Source: Piromyces finnis finn (lineage: Eukaryota; Fungi; Neocallimastigomycota). Taken from it: DNA of 64,000 nt. The DNA is taken from assembly GCA_002104945.1 (NCBI GenBank), contig MCFH01000001.1:1674001-1738000 (forward strand), in the 5' to 3' direction. The notes beneath the pieces are model-generated. The model was not told the origin of the DNA. It was given only the letters and a program-made list of their open reading frames with translations, and ran no database searches. Below, piece after piece: positions 14,560-27,761 of this stretch. How positions within the stretch are numbered: position 1 is the stretch's first letter; every line of letters begins with the position of its first letter. Both the position numbers and the translations under genes were made by a program.

Positions 14560-15251
14560 TAATAATATTGAAATACAAGTGTCAGAGTTTTTTTTTCCCC
14601 TCTTAACATAATTTACATATTTATAATTAGATATATAGAAAAAGAAGAAGAAAAGAAGAAATAAAACATTCATAAAATTCTATATTTTATTTATTATCAT
14701 TATTATATTCATTTCATTTTTAAATATACATATATTTTAAGTTTTATATAGATTATAAATTATATGCAGTGTAATTATAAAATATATATTGCAAATAAAA
14801 TATAATTTTAATTTTATTCCAAAAAAAAAAAAAAAAAAGATTATTTGACATTTATAAAAAATATATTATATTTTTTAAAATTGTTTTTAAATGCTGCTTA
14901 TATTAATAATGCTAAAAAAACTGCTAATATTTTAATTATTATAATATATATAATCAGGTATGATTGTTTTTGGTCGAGTGCTCTGTACAGTCAGCTCACT
15001 TTTCTCCAATTCACAACATTCTTGATTATATATTTTTAAAAAAAAAAAGTTGAATATAATCATAAATTTAAAAAGATATAATTATAAAAAAGAAAATAAT
15101 ATTACAATATTAAAACATAATTAAATAATTAAATATATCACAATATTAATATATTAATGATAATTGAAAATAATTTCTTTCATAAACATTAAAATAAGTT
15201 TTTGTTAATGGATAAAATAAATTATTTAAATTATTTGTATGTATTTTTATT

Positions 15252-17039
15252 TTAATTATTACTTATATTTGTTTTATTTCTTAAAAATTCATTATAAATC
15301 AATAGTTTTTCTTTTGGAATAATAAAATGATATTTTATTTCTCTGTCTACTATGTCATTCATTACTTTTTGTTCTTCTTCATTTATTGGAATAACTTCAT
15401 AATCATCTTCTAATACTAAACAATTTCCATAATCCCAGTCCCATTTCATTTGACCAATTTCAGTAAAGTATCCTTTAAAATCTATTATAGTATTTCTTAG
15501 TTCATTGCTATGTTTATCTTTTATTAAATGACCATTCCAAAACATTAAACTCCCATTATTTGTATGTGCGATATGACCACAAAGATATCTTTTAGTTTCA
15601 CTTATTTCAAGAAAATCACCAAAAAGTGAACACATTTCTTCATTTATGTAATAATGTTGTCGTGCCATATCAAATCCTATCCAAAATGTTTCTTTATCTC
15701 CATGGACATATGAATATACAATCTTTTCACGATAAGCATACTCATTTAATTTACATGTATTTAATAAACCGAGAATTGTTTTTATTTTATGAATTACAAC
15801 GACACCAGATTCCATTTCATGATATGTTTTACCTTCCCAATAACGTAGTTCTTTTGTTTCTGGTAATGGATCAGTCATCCATTTTTTTAACCATTCTAAT
15901 GATTTATCATTTGAAAAAAGAGTTCGATCTTTATAAAATAACGTACCTGTTTCAATATATCCAGGTTCATCAAAAAGTTCGGCAGGGTCTCGAACAAAAA
16001 CTACATCAGCATCCATGAAAATTATTTCTTCAAAACGAGATCCCAAGATTGAAAATGGCTTTACAGCCCAACCACTTAAATTTAAAATTTCATTATTAAA
16101 AAGAGTTGAAATATCTGTTAAATAGATATCAGAATATTGGTTAAGAATATTACGATTTTCTTGATTTAAATCATCTTCTCCGATATAGAAAAGTTCAATT
16201 GGCAATGTACAATTTAAAACGTTACGAAGAGTATCAATAGTACTTCTTGCATATTTGAAATGAAAATCACCTGTACTCATAACAATCCCTTTTCCATTAG
16301 AAGAACTTATTAAATCACCAAAAGACTTAAAACGATTACCATAAATCCATGAATATAATGATTGATGTGAAGCTGCTAATAATTTTTGGTTTTTTCTTAG
16401 TTCTGTGTGATTTGTTTGAGATAAAAATGATGAGTAATTAATTAGATTTTGTTTATAGGTTAAAATATCATAAATGTCATTTATTACTGGTTCATCAAAT
16501 TCTTCTCTCCATAATGCTGAATGTAGTTCTTCTCTTATTTTCAATTCTTTAAAATTATCCAATTCAAGTTCTTTTGATATGCATTCCATTAATAATTTAT
16601 TAATTGAAGAATTAACACTATAGTCATTATTGATTTCAATATTATTTTCTTCCATATAATTATTTTCGATATCTATATTTTTATCATAAATATCTGTTAT
16701 ATTTAATGTATTGTCTATATTCACATCTATAATATCATTACTATTTTCATCAAAAATATCTGTTATATTTAATGCATTGTCTATATTCACATCTATAATA
16801 TCATTATTGTTTTCATCATAAATACCTGTTATATTTAATGTATTGTTTATATTTACATTTATATTATCACCATTATTACTTAAATTAGCTGATGTTTTAT
16901 CTTTTTTCACATAACATTTAATTTGAATATTACTAACTGAATATATATACTGAAATGTAAGTATTAATAATATTATTATTAATAATAATATAATAATTAT
17001 TTTAGATAAAATACTCCTCCTCCTATATATTTTAACCAT
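15252..17039 (-). CDS. Alpha-1,3-mannosyltransferase, Mnn1/Mnt (GT71)-like type II membrane protein, intronless
   Basis: N-terminal TM anchor (IIIILLLIIILLILTF). Family motifs GKGIVMSTG, LNCTLPIELFY, GWAVKPFSILGSRFEEIIFMDAD (DxD), GTLFYKDR, EMESGVVV and HGDKETFWIGF. Confidence 0.88.
   Translation of the reverse strand: MVKIYRRRSILSKIIIILLLIIILLILTFQYIYSVSNIQIKCYVKKDKTSANLSNNGDNINVNINNTLNITGIYDENNNDIIDVNIDNALNITDIFDENSNDIIDVNIDNTLNITDIYDKNIDIENNYMEENNIEINNDYSVNSSINKLLMECISKELELDNFKELKIREELHSALWREEFDEPVINDIYDILTYKQNLINYSSFLSQTNHTELRKNQKLLAASHQSLYSWIYGNRFKSFGDLISSSNGKGIVMSTGDFHFKYARSTIDTLRNVLNCTLPIELFYIGEDDLNQENRNILNQYSDIYLTDISTLFNNEILNLSGWAVKPFSILGSRFEEIIFMDADVVFVRDPAELFDEPGYIETGTLFYKDRTLFSNDKSLEWLKKWMTDPLPETKELRYWEGKTYHEMESGVVVIHKIKTILGLLNTCKLNEYAYREKIVYSYVHGDKETFWIGFDMARQHYYINEEMCSLFGDFLEISETKRYLCGHIAHTNNGSLMFWNGHLIKDKHSNELRNTIIDFKGYFTEIGQMKWDWDYGNCLVLEDDYEVIPINEEEQKVMNDIVDREIKYHFIIPKEKLLIYNEFLRNKTNISNN
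16681..16870 (-). repeat. Three tandem 66-bp (22-aa) coding repeats in the GT71 stem region
   Basis: The motif tatctgttatatttaatg (or its variant) recurs at 16691, 16757 and 16823. The protein unit is I(I)DVNIDNxLNITDI(F/Y)DENxND. Confidence 0.9.
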
Positions 17040-17208
17040 TTTGAAAATATGGTAATAATATAAATGATAACAATTTAATATTTAAATTGGATAAATATAA
17101 ATATATATATATTTTCATATTTTTCTGAAATATAAAAGTTTAATTCTTTTAATTTTCTAAAATAACTCTATTCCTTATTCAGAAGAATAAATTAGAGTTT
17201 AATATTTC

Positions 17209-17243
<35 letters not shown>

Positions 17244-17411
17244 GGCATCAAATATTTTAAACTTTATTATTAATTTAATTAAAATTATAATACATGTAAT
17301 AAAAAATTAAAAATAAATAAAAATAAAAAAAATATGTTTAAATAAACACAAATGAATAAAAATTGGGTATAATGTATTCTAGTAATTTTAATTAAAGTAA
17401 GAAAGCCACTA

Positions 17412-18092
17412 TCATACTAAAGTATAATAATTGTATTTGACTTCCAATGGGACACCGAGCCAAAGATCGAAATTTTGTCATGGAACAAAATTATGATCTC
17501 CATTGGTTGCGCTGGCCCTCCTGGCCTGTCTTACTGTTTCTTCGGCATTGACGCTCTTGGATGTTGCTTCAAACCTTTTGAACATTGACCATTGCTGGCC
17601 AATAGCAAAAGGCATGATTTTGGTTAGAAGTTCCGCGGTTACCGTCAAGAATGGTGTTCCTTCATTAGTACCAGATTGAATCTGACGCTTACAAAGTTCT
17701 TTCCATTCCCTTTAATTGTAATTAATATTGTTAAAACTTCTTCCCCCAAGAAGGAATTTAAATATTTTACTGAACACACTAGAATAATCATACACATTAA
17801 TATTCACCGGATTATTAGAACTATTACTATCATTAACTAAATTACTATCTAAATTAGAATTATTATCTTCACTATTGCTATCATTACTAATATTATTATT
17901 TCTATTACTACTATTATTATTATTACTATTTCTATTATTACTATTACTACTATTGTTATTATTACTATTGTTATAATTACTATTGTTATTATTACTATTA
18001 CTGTTATTGCTATCTCTGCTGATATTATCAATTTCATTATTATTGATAGGACTATTGGAATTACGTTGACTGAAAAAATTAAATAGCTGGAT
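17412..18092 (-). pseudogene. Stop-interrupted ORF relic: Asn/Ser-rich N-part plus about 130 aa of GC-richer globular-looking sequence; origin unknown (possible mobile-element fragment)
   Basis: One minus-strand frame is open 18092-17412 except TAA at 17714-17712 and TGA at 17480-17478: ...NPVNINVYDYSSVFSKIFKFLLGGRSFNNINYN*REWKELCKRQIQSGTNEGTPFLTVTAELLTKIMPFAIGQQWSMFKRFEATSKSVNAEETVRQARRASATNGDHNFVP*QNFDLWLGVPLEVKY. There is no in-frame ATG at the start, and GC-ending codons are atypical of neighbouring genes. Confidence 0.5.
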
Positions 18093-18615
18093 TTAATATT
18101 TCTACTATCAAACATTTTCTTCACTTAAATTTTTTTTTTTTTGTAAAAAAATTTAGTATTTTTTAATTTTAATTATTAGTAGACTTATTTATATTTCACA
18201 AACTATTTAAACAATAATATAATTAGAATAATTTAATAACTGAAGTTTTTCAATACTTTAAATCCAAAAATTTTAATAATTATAATCTTTTTTTTTTTTT
18301 TTTATTATTTATTATTTATTATTATTATTTTACCATAATAAAATTTAATAAATTATATAAAATATAAAAAATAAATAAAAAATTAAAAGGTAAATAAAGT
18401 AAAAATAAAAATTATAAAAAAAATAATATATATAATGAATATATAAAAAAACTTATTAAAAAAAAAAAAAAAAACAGTATCCCTATTTTATATATATTTT
18501 AAAAATATTATGAATCATTCAATAACAATATTTAATAGTTATACTTCAATTTAGTATATAATTATATAAATTACTTTCAGCTTTTCTTTATAACAATATT
18601 GTTATTTTTTTCTTT

Positions 18616-18665
<50 letters not shown>

Positions 18666-18932
18666 GCTTATTAATTCTACTTATATCGTAACTTTTAATT
18701 TTTGTTAAATATTTTTACAAAAAAATATTATTAATTCAAAAAATATTTATATAAATCTAAAATAATAATAATAAAATATAATTTAAAACTAATGAAAAAT
18801 AAGGAAATGTAAAATTTTAAAATCAGGGAAATATAAATGATTTTATATTCAAGTTTATATGAAAAATATAAAACTATTAATGAATTTAAAAAAAAAAATA
18901 ATTAAAAAATAATTTGATTATTTAGTTTGCAT

Positions 18933-21055
18933 TTATCCAAAGTAATGACCACCATTGTAATATTGATCATAATTGTAGCCTGTACCTCTATTATATTGTT
19001 CATAACCATTTGAAGATTGTGGAGCATTGTTTACATTATTATTCATCATACCAGAAATATTTGATCCTGCATTAAGAGAAGAACGCTTATTATTTTGATC
19101 ATTACCGTTTTGATTAACTTCATTATTGTCTGTTCTGTTTTGATCCATATTGGTACCATAATAATAAGGATTAGCGTTTGTAGTATCAGCCATCATTCCG
19201 TTCATTCCCATTGGTGGATTTGGATAATATTGATATCCAGCTGTCATTTGGTACATATATGGTGGTGGTGCAGCATTTTGATAGTATGGTTCTGGACCTT
19301 TATCCTTTCCCCAAGAGCACTATTAAAATAAAGTTTAAGTAGAATAAATAAAAATAGAAAATTTAATATTTTATAACATATTATTCATATAATTATTCCA
19401 AATCAAACTTATTCTTATTTTATATGTAAGTATATATATATATACCTTGGCTGGACGGCCTTTAATCATAGTACCATTTAAGGCAACAATAGCACTAGTA
19501 GCATTTTCGTGGGTATCGAACCTATTAATTATTATTATTAATTATTATTATTATTCATTTCATCTATCCATTCATTATTTATTTATTTGTTAACTAAATA
19601 ATTTTCATACTTAATGAATGCATATCCTCTATCAGCTTGAACACGAATATTTACGATGTAACCGAATTGTTGGAAAAGTGGAAGAAGATCATCCTCTATT
19701 AAATTGGAAATATCATAATATATATATAAATATATATATAAATAAAAAAAGTACTTTAAAATTAAATCAGCATTATTATTAAAAAACTTACGAGTGGTAG
19801 TTGGTGGGAAGTTACCAACATAAACTGTAGTATTATAATATGAGGATTGACTAGCAACAGTTTCATAAGTTAATGGTTGAGCTAAAGTGGTACAGTAAAA
19901 TGAAAATTAATATAATATAATAATATTATATAATATATATATAATATCTTACCATTTTGGTTATTCATATTATCATTATTTTGACCAGCATTAATACCCT
20001 TTTGGTTGGCCCAATTTACACGAATTTGACGGTTACCTAACCATTCACCATTCATAGTTGCAATGGCTTGCTCAGCATCCTTTTTTTTAATAATAGTTAG
20101 ATTAAATCATTAAAATTATAGTTTTTAAATTATATATTTTATTAATATTTTTTTACTTACAGCTTTTTCACGAAAAGCGACAAAACCATATCCTCTAGAC
20201 TTTCCAGAGTTTATATCCCACATAACTCTTGCATCTCTGCATTTTAAAATTTATTTAGATTTAGATATAGATTATTTTTACTGTATTAATTACTAAAATC
20301 ATTTTATGCTTACGATAAACTGCTGAAAGCACCAAAAGCCTTAGCTAAATTAGTATCATTAACTTCTGGACTAAGATCACCAACAAAAATATGATAATGG
20401 TTTGAAGTATCTTCTTTGTGACTGTTTGAACCAGCGAAAGCCCAATTAACTCTAATTTCCTGATATTGCCATTATATAAGCATATAAATTTTGATATGAA
20501 TGTATTATTTACTATGTACTTGTCTAAATATAATTAATTTTATCTTTTATATTTTTAACTTACAGAGTCCATAACTTTTCTACCATTTAATGCTTGTAAA
20601 GCAAATTCAGCAGCACGATGATTACCATATTCAACAAAACCATAATTTAAACCACCATGTGTATACTGTTTTATTATTTAATTAAATTTAAAAATTGATT
20701 AATTATACTATTAAATATAAAATAATATAATAAAAAATACATCAATAAACACATACATTTTTATCAATAATAATTTTAACACTAAGAACTTCATCATTAT
20801 TAACAGAAGTAAAAATTTGTTGTAAAACTTCGTTGGTTACTCTTGGATCTTTAATGTTTTGTGAATTTTATATTTATAAATAAAAATATATTTAATGAAA
20901 AATTAATAATTAATTTTGAATGTAATAACATTATTAAATATTATATTTATTATTAACAAATAATATATATATTTATAATACTTACCAAGATTTCCAACAT
21001 ATAAACTTTTGCAATCATTTGATAAATCATTTGTTTGTTCTAATCCAGAAGCCAT
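18933..21055 (-). CDS. PUB1: Three-RRM RNA-binding protein, Pub1/TIA-1 family, multi-exon
   Basis: Exons give [95 protein letters not shown] and CSWGKD, then a Y/N/G/Q-rich prion-like tail. Confidence 0.9.
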
Positions 21056-21721
21056 TTTATATTAATTTAAATTAAAAAAAAAAGACTATAAAGAAGATGA
21101 TAATAAATTTTAAAATATAAAATTAATGACTATAATAAATGATATAATGATATTATTATTAACTATATTTAAATATATATTGTGATTTATATCTATTAAG
21201 ATTATATTTATTACTATTGTTTATTTATTTATTTATTTTATTTATTTATTTATTTTTTTTATTATTGTTGATGTTTATTTATTTTTACTCTATTATTTCA
21301 GTTTATTATTATTATTATTATTATTATTAAATTAAATATGTTAATTTTATTTCTTATTAATATAATTTACTTTTATTTCTAATGGTAATGATTAATTGTT
21401 ATAAATAATGTATGTCAAATATATTAGTTTATATTTTTAAAAAATATTTATTTCAATATTATAAACATGTTTTATACATTTTCAATTAAAAACATAATTA
21501 AAATTGCGTTATATTATATTAAGCTATTAATATTACTGAAAAAAAATATTTATTTATATAATTCTATAAAGTACTATGTATATTTATTTTTCTAATATAT
21601 TATTAAAATAACATTTATAATTTCATTTTAATATAACAAATAAAAATTTATATAATTGATTTAATGCTGATTATTTAATATAGTTTTTATTTGCTTTTCG
21701 AATTCTTTTTCTTTACTTTTC

Positions 21722-21752
<31 letters not shown>

Positions 21753-21809
21753 TTGGAATCCAAAAATATTTGAATATTTTATTTTTTTCTTTCTGTTATA
21801 TTCTTTTCC

Positions 21810-21846
<37 letters not shown>

Positions 21847-23399
21847 CTACATAATCTGTTGAAGTTTACTTGAATTTTTCCAATTTTTTAATTAATCCAC
21901 AGTTATAATACATACATTAAAATATAAATGTAAATATAGAGAGTTGAGAATAACAAAAAAAAAAAAATACAAAGGCGTATTAAAAAATAAATAATATTAA
22001 AGAAATATCTTCTTTATATTTCTTTAAAATAATTATAAAAAAAAGTAAAAAAAAAAAGTAAATAAAGTAATTATGAATAATTTTTATTTATTCTTTTTTT
22101 TTTTTTTTATTAATGTTCAATTTAACCAATTTAAACCTCATATATTAACAATATATTAGGTATTGGTATAATAAAATTATTTTGATAATATTAATTATTA
22201 TTGATCAAATACAATTTATGGTATGTATAAAAATGTATTAAAATTAATATCCGCCATATATATTATAATTACATTAAATTAATTAAATTAATGAACATAA
22301 AAAAGACTTATAAAATAGTAATAAAATATAAAATGAAAACCATAATACTTAAAAGAGATTATGTTAATATTGAATTACTGCATATAGTAAAAGTTATATG
22401 ATTTTTTATTTAATTTTTTTTAAATTCTTCATTATATGGACAATTACTATCGTATATATTATTCATTATATTAATTTCATTTTTCCTCATATTAAAAAGG
22501 AAAAAAAAAAAATAATGAATTTAAAAATTTTATTTTACAATATCTCTTTTTTCTTTAACAAAATAAAGCATTAATTTTTAATGATATAAAAGCAATTTAA
22601 TAAAATACATTATCAAATAAAAAAATCTTGTCAATATGATAATACAATTACAAATTCGATAATCTTGAAGAGAGTCGTTTTTTAAGAATTTAATTAAAAG
22701 GTTAATAGGTAATTTTGTATATTTGGACATAATATTTTTAAAATAAAAATTTAATAATAGATTTATTTTCATAATATAATACCAAAAGTGTAAGAATAAA
22801 AAATAATATTCTGGCCAATTACTTTTCTATTATTATATCTTATTACTTTTTGCATTAGAGAGGTGAGAAACAATTAATATAAAAGTTTATAATTGTTGTA
22901 TGCAATGATAATTTTAAGATATTAAGCCACATTAAAATATAAAAATGAGTAATATAAATATCAACATTAATCCTAACCCTCACGTTATTTTTAATTTATT
23001 CTTGCAATATTAATTAAATATGAATGAGTAAATTGACCAATAAAGATGTATATTTAAACACACTCAAACTATATTAAATATATATTAAATATACACATCA
23101 ATATTTATTTATTTATTAGTTTATTTATTTATTTAATTTTAATCAAATATTTCTAGGTTGATAAATTGAAATTAATAATTTTATTTTTTTATATTTTTTA
23201 TGTAGATTAAAATTTTTATTTTAATATTTATATTTATTTATTTTTTTTTTTTTTAAATGCTAGATTGTTAGACTATTTTTTTTTTCTTAAAAAAACTATG
23301 CATTTATTTTATTATATTCTCTTAGTAGATATATATAATATAATTTTTGTTTGTAAGATACCATTTCATTAAGATAGATTTATTATTTATGAATTTATT

Positions 23400-26300
23400 T
23401 TATTTTGTTGTTTCAGAAACTGCTGGAATAACAGGTAGTTCTTTTGAGGTATTTGACTCTTTCTTTAAACTGGATGAATGTTTTGGATATGCTTCAGTAG
23501 CTATAAGTGGTGCAGAATTTGAATTTGTTGTGTTACTTGAATTTCCTACAAATTATATTATATATATATTTAATAATCAATTAAAATTGAATATAATTAT
23601 TTATAAAGTTAAAAGAATATTAATTTATTATATTCACCATTATTTAAACTAGAATGATGTTCATGATAACTTCTATCTAATCTTTCTAAACTACTTCGTT
23701 TTGTATTTTCATTTTGCCATTGATCTTCTTTTATTGAGTTCATTCTGCTTTTTCGATGTTGCTTAGAACTTGATCTAGATTCGCTATTTTGACTATGAGA
23801 ATGCCTTGCTAATTTTTTTTAATTATGAAAATATTTATATAGTTAATAATGTATATCTATATTTATATATTTATATATTTATATATTTATATGTATTATC
23901 ATTGTGTAATTTTTTTTTTTTAAAAAGTATTTATTGTATTACGAAATAAATACAAATACTTACATGAATGTTTTGAACGTTCATGCTTTGCTTGGGCTGT
24001 TTTAAAATGATTTGATAGTTCATTCCACTTAATATTATCATAAGTTGGTTGCTGTTGATAACGTTGTTGTTGTAATTGTAATTGCTGCATTTGTAATTGT
24101 TGTAATTGAAGTTGTAACTGAAGTTGTTGCTGTTGTTGTTTTAATAATTGTTTTTTTTGATCTTTCCTATTAACGTTTTTTTTAAATATTTTAACCATTT
24201 GTTAAAAATATAAAGATTATTAAATTTATATTCATTTTAAAAATATTTTTATTATATAGATATTTTTGTTGTTTAACATTTAAAATATTAAATATATTAT
24301 GTATATAGTTTACATTTTTCCTCCAAATAATCCACTAGAACTACCACTTAAATTATCATTTGATCCATTTATATTAGGACTTGATGATGTAGAATTTACA
24401 TTTGAAGTAGATAATTTTGGATTACTTAATGGAGATGAAGAAAGAGTTTGATATACCATTAAATTTGTTTGAATAAGTTGATTTATAGATTCGTTATAAT
24501 TTAAGGTAACCATTGAGCTAACACTATTTAATCTATTTCTCAATGTTGCAAATGCTGAGCTTTGTGGCAAAAACATTAATAACCCATAGAGGCATTTAAA
24601 TAATGCTGGATATTTTTCAGGCTCTAGAAGTTGTAGACGAAGATCTTTTATTATATTATTATTTTTATATTAGAATAGCATTTTAATAATATTAATGTAT
24701 TGAATTAGTATAACCTAAAATGAAAATTTTATAATTATTATTCTATAGAAATTGATACCAACATGTAAATACAGGCGATTCTAATAATTGAACTAATTTA
24801 TCTACTTGAATAAGGAAATTAACTGTAATTTCTAATTCAGAGCTATTTAATTTATTTAAACATTAATATATTTATATTTGAACATTACAGATTAATTTTA
24901 AATATTTATAATTAATATATTACAATATTTGAAGTAAATATGCAGCATGAGCATAGGCTTGAGCCAATAAGCAAAGTGAAAAGGTTGCAATTGGATTATG
25001 TGACCAAGATTTATATAATGAAATAAACAATTGACTTCCTTCCTATTAATTTGTTATATAAAATAATTAATAGAATGTAAATAAAACTATAATGTATTTT
25101 ATTAAATTATTATTTATTATCATGAATTAATGCATGATTAAAATATTGTACTTTTGTTTCTAGATGTTTTAGTTTTTTTCTTAGTTCTACTAATTCTGAA
25201 GCTGTAATTAATATGATATTCAAATTTTGAATCATAATACTAGCAAATTCTAAATCCTATATATATATATATATATATATATATTTAAAAAAAAACAAAT
25301 CAATATAAATTACTTTTTATTATTTTTCGATAATATAATGAATAAATGAATCACAGCAATACCTCTTCTTTCTCTAATATTTCAGCAAATGTAATGTATA
25401 TTTTTTCTGGATTCAAAGTTACACATAATTGTCTAATGATTAAACTACCACGATTTTCTAATAATCTTCTGTCAGCGCTAAAGAGACTTAGCAAATTGAC
25501 AATAAATTGTGTAAAATAATTTTCATCAGAATAGTGTGCAATTTGGGCTAATAACTGTAAATCTCTTTTAATAACTTCTTCAGAGGAGTCAGACAAACCT
25601 TTAAGTAATGATGAAAGTATAGTTTTATCAGTTGAAATAACTTGTGAAGGTGCTTTCTTGTGAAGCATTAAAAGCCAATCCATACTAGCTGTTCTAGTTT
25701 CCTCCTGTTCATGTTGAAATTGATCAATTATAACATTGACAGTCTCTTGAAAATCAAATGTTTTTGTTTCCTTTTCTTTCTTTTCATTATCTTTTTTGTC
25801 TTTATCATTATTATTTGGATCATTAACATTTAACTCTTTAACCGATATTTCATAAATTAATTTATACAAATTTAAATTCGTTTCATTTGCGATTATTCTA
25901 ATATGTATATTAAATATTAAGGATATAAAAAGTATAAAAAAATATATTCTTGGTTAAAATACAGTATAATTATTATATTTTAAAAGGATATCTTGTGAGG
26001 AATGAGAAAGTGAAGGTAAAACAGAATTTAAAAGCATAGGTATAAAAGGCAACATGGTTTCTTTAACTAAAAGAATGAATTCATTTATCCATTTTAATGC
26101 TGTTGCTTGAGTTTCTTCATCTATTATATATTTAAACATTTAATAATTGATATTTAGTTGTTTTTATACATTCTATCCCTAATTTAATTTATGCGTTTAT
26201 CAATACCATTACTAGCAAGATATGGTTCTAAAATTTTAATCATTCTTGGATAATCTAATACAATATTTTGTCCAAAAACATATGGGTAGCTACTCTCTAT

Positions 26301-27761
26301 TAAATTATTATAATAAATTTAGATTACTATAAATGCATTGATATAATGATGTCATTTAAATCTCCTTTTTTTTTTTTTTGTTGATGAATTAGTATAAATA
26401 TACCTTGTGCTAATTCATTACTTTCAACGGTATGATCAGCTTTTACAATTTGATTATTATCTTCATTGCTTATTTTATCTTCAAGTTTTTCTGATTCAGC
26501 ATTTTGATTATTATTATTATTATGTTCATTTAAATTATTCTGATTATCTTCAATTAATTTTATCTTTTCCATCTCTCTTTGTTTTTCATTATTAATTTTT
26601 TGTTGGTGACTTTGAATCTCGCTAATTTGACGAATTTCTCTTAAAAATTCTGAAAGAACATTTAATGTAGCAACTCTAACATCCATATTTGGATCCGAAA
26701 GGTAATTAAAAAGACCATCCAAATAATCTGGGAGATAGGCAACTAATTCAATATCAGGAATTGTATCTAAAACCGATATCCACTGAACTAAAAATTGACG
26801 AGTAAATGGATTTAAAGAATGAATTCTTTCTGAAAGTAATGGAATAAAACGAGAAATTGAGAACATAGTTACGTGATTAGGTCTTTGTAACATTTCACCA
26901 TTTTCACCTCTATATATTGCCATATTCCTTCTTTCTTCTGAAGTTAAGTTCTCATCGTTTGGGTAATAATATATAGAATGCTCGGAAACAACATCTTTAA
27001 TTAAACGATCAAGTAATTCAGCACCATTTTTAACTGATAATTCAGAGTCTGCAGCAAGCTTAATTCATAATAAATTAATTAAAAATAATACTATATATTT
27101 CAAATAGTTTTAACATATCAAAAAATCAATAAACTATTTACCTTACTTAGAGCATCAAATATCTCATTAAAATATTTTAATATTAAACCTCTTGCTACTT
27201 TGGTAATATTATACATACTTTCACAAGCATAATAACGGACTCTTGAATCTTGATCTATAAAACAAGAAAGAACAGGAGGAACAATATCTTCTAAATACTT
27301 ATCAACATGCTAATATATATATTTTTTTTATTATTATTTAAGTGTTAGCTGACTTAATTATTAAAGAAATCATATGTTTTAAAAACTTTATAATATTACA
27401 GGTCCTAATGCAATTGCAGCAGCAGCTAAACTAATTAATCCACCATTTCTGGAATTTGGAACAATTGAATAGGCAAAATCATTGTTCAGTGTTTTAATTA
27501 TTTGTTTTATACTATCAAAGTCGTTTTCCTGAAGATAGTCACGGATTATCCTTTAATATATATTTATTTAATTTCGAAAATATATTTTTTATAAAATAAA
27601 TATTTTATAAATGAATTTGAATAATAATAATAATTGAATTTAGAAATAATTGAATTTTACTTTTCAATTTCGAGAGCTGCTGCTTTTCTTTTTTCATAAA
27701 GTTTATCGTTTAAACCTCTTACAATTTGAGGTGTTAATGGAAAAGGATCAGTCATTGACAT
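23400..27761 (-). CDS. VAC14: Vac14 scaffold of the PI(3,5)P2 (Fab1/Fig4) complex, multi-exon
   Basis: [98 protein letters not shown] and [19 protein letters not shown]. The last exon was traced to TAA at 23402-23400. Confidence 0.95.

Noticed and set aside
14960-15022. Minus-strand resemblance to the U6atac 5' end (TGTTGT..GAA..GGAGA.AAG..AGC)
   Set aside because: The conserved internal stem-loop and AAGGAUG segment of U6/U6atac are missing, and there is no suitably placed Pol III terminator.
17849-18124. 91-aa Ile/Val-rich minus-strand ORF
   Set aside because: It is an alternative frame of the AAT/AGT-rich repeat. The Asn/Ser frame is the one continuous with the downstream protein-like sequence.
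21997-22027. 12-bp-arm inverted repeat TTAAAGAAATAT/ATATTTCTTTAA
   Set aside because: It is almost all A/T and expected by chance at this base composition.
22972-22980. CCTAACCCT, similar to a telomerase template or telomeric repeat
   Set aside because: It is a single 9-mer with no tandem array and no supporting RNA structure.
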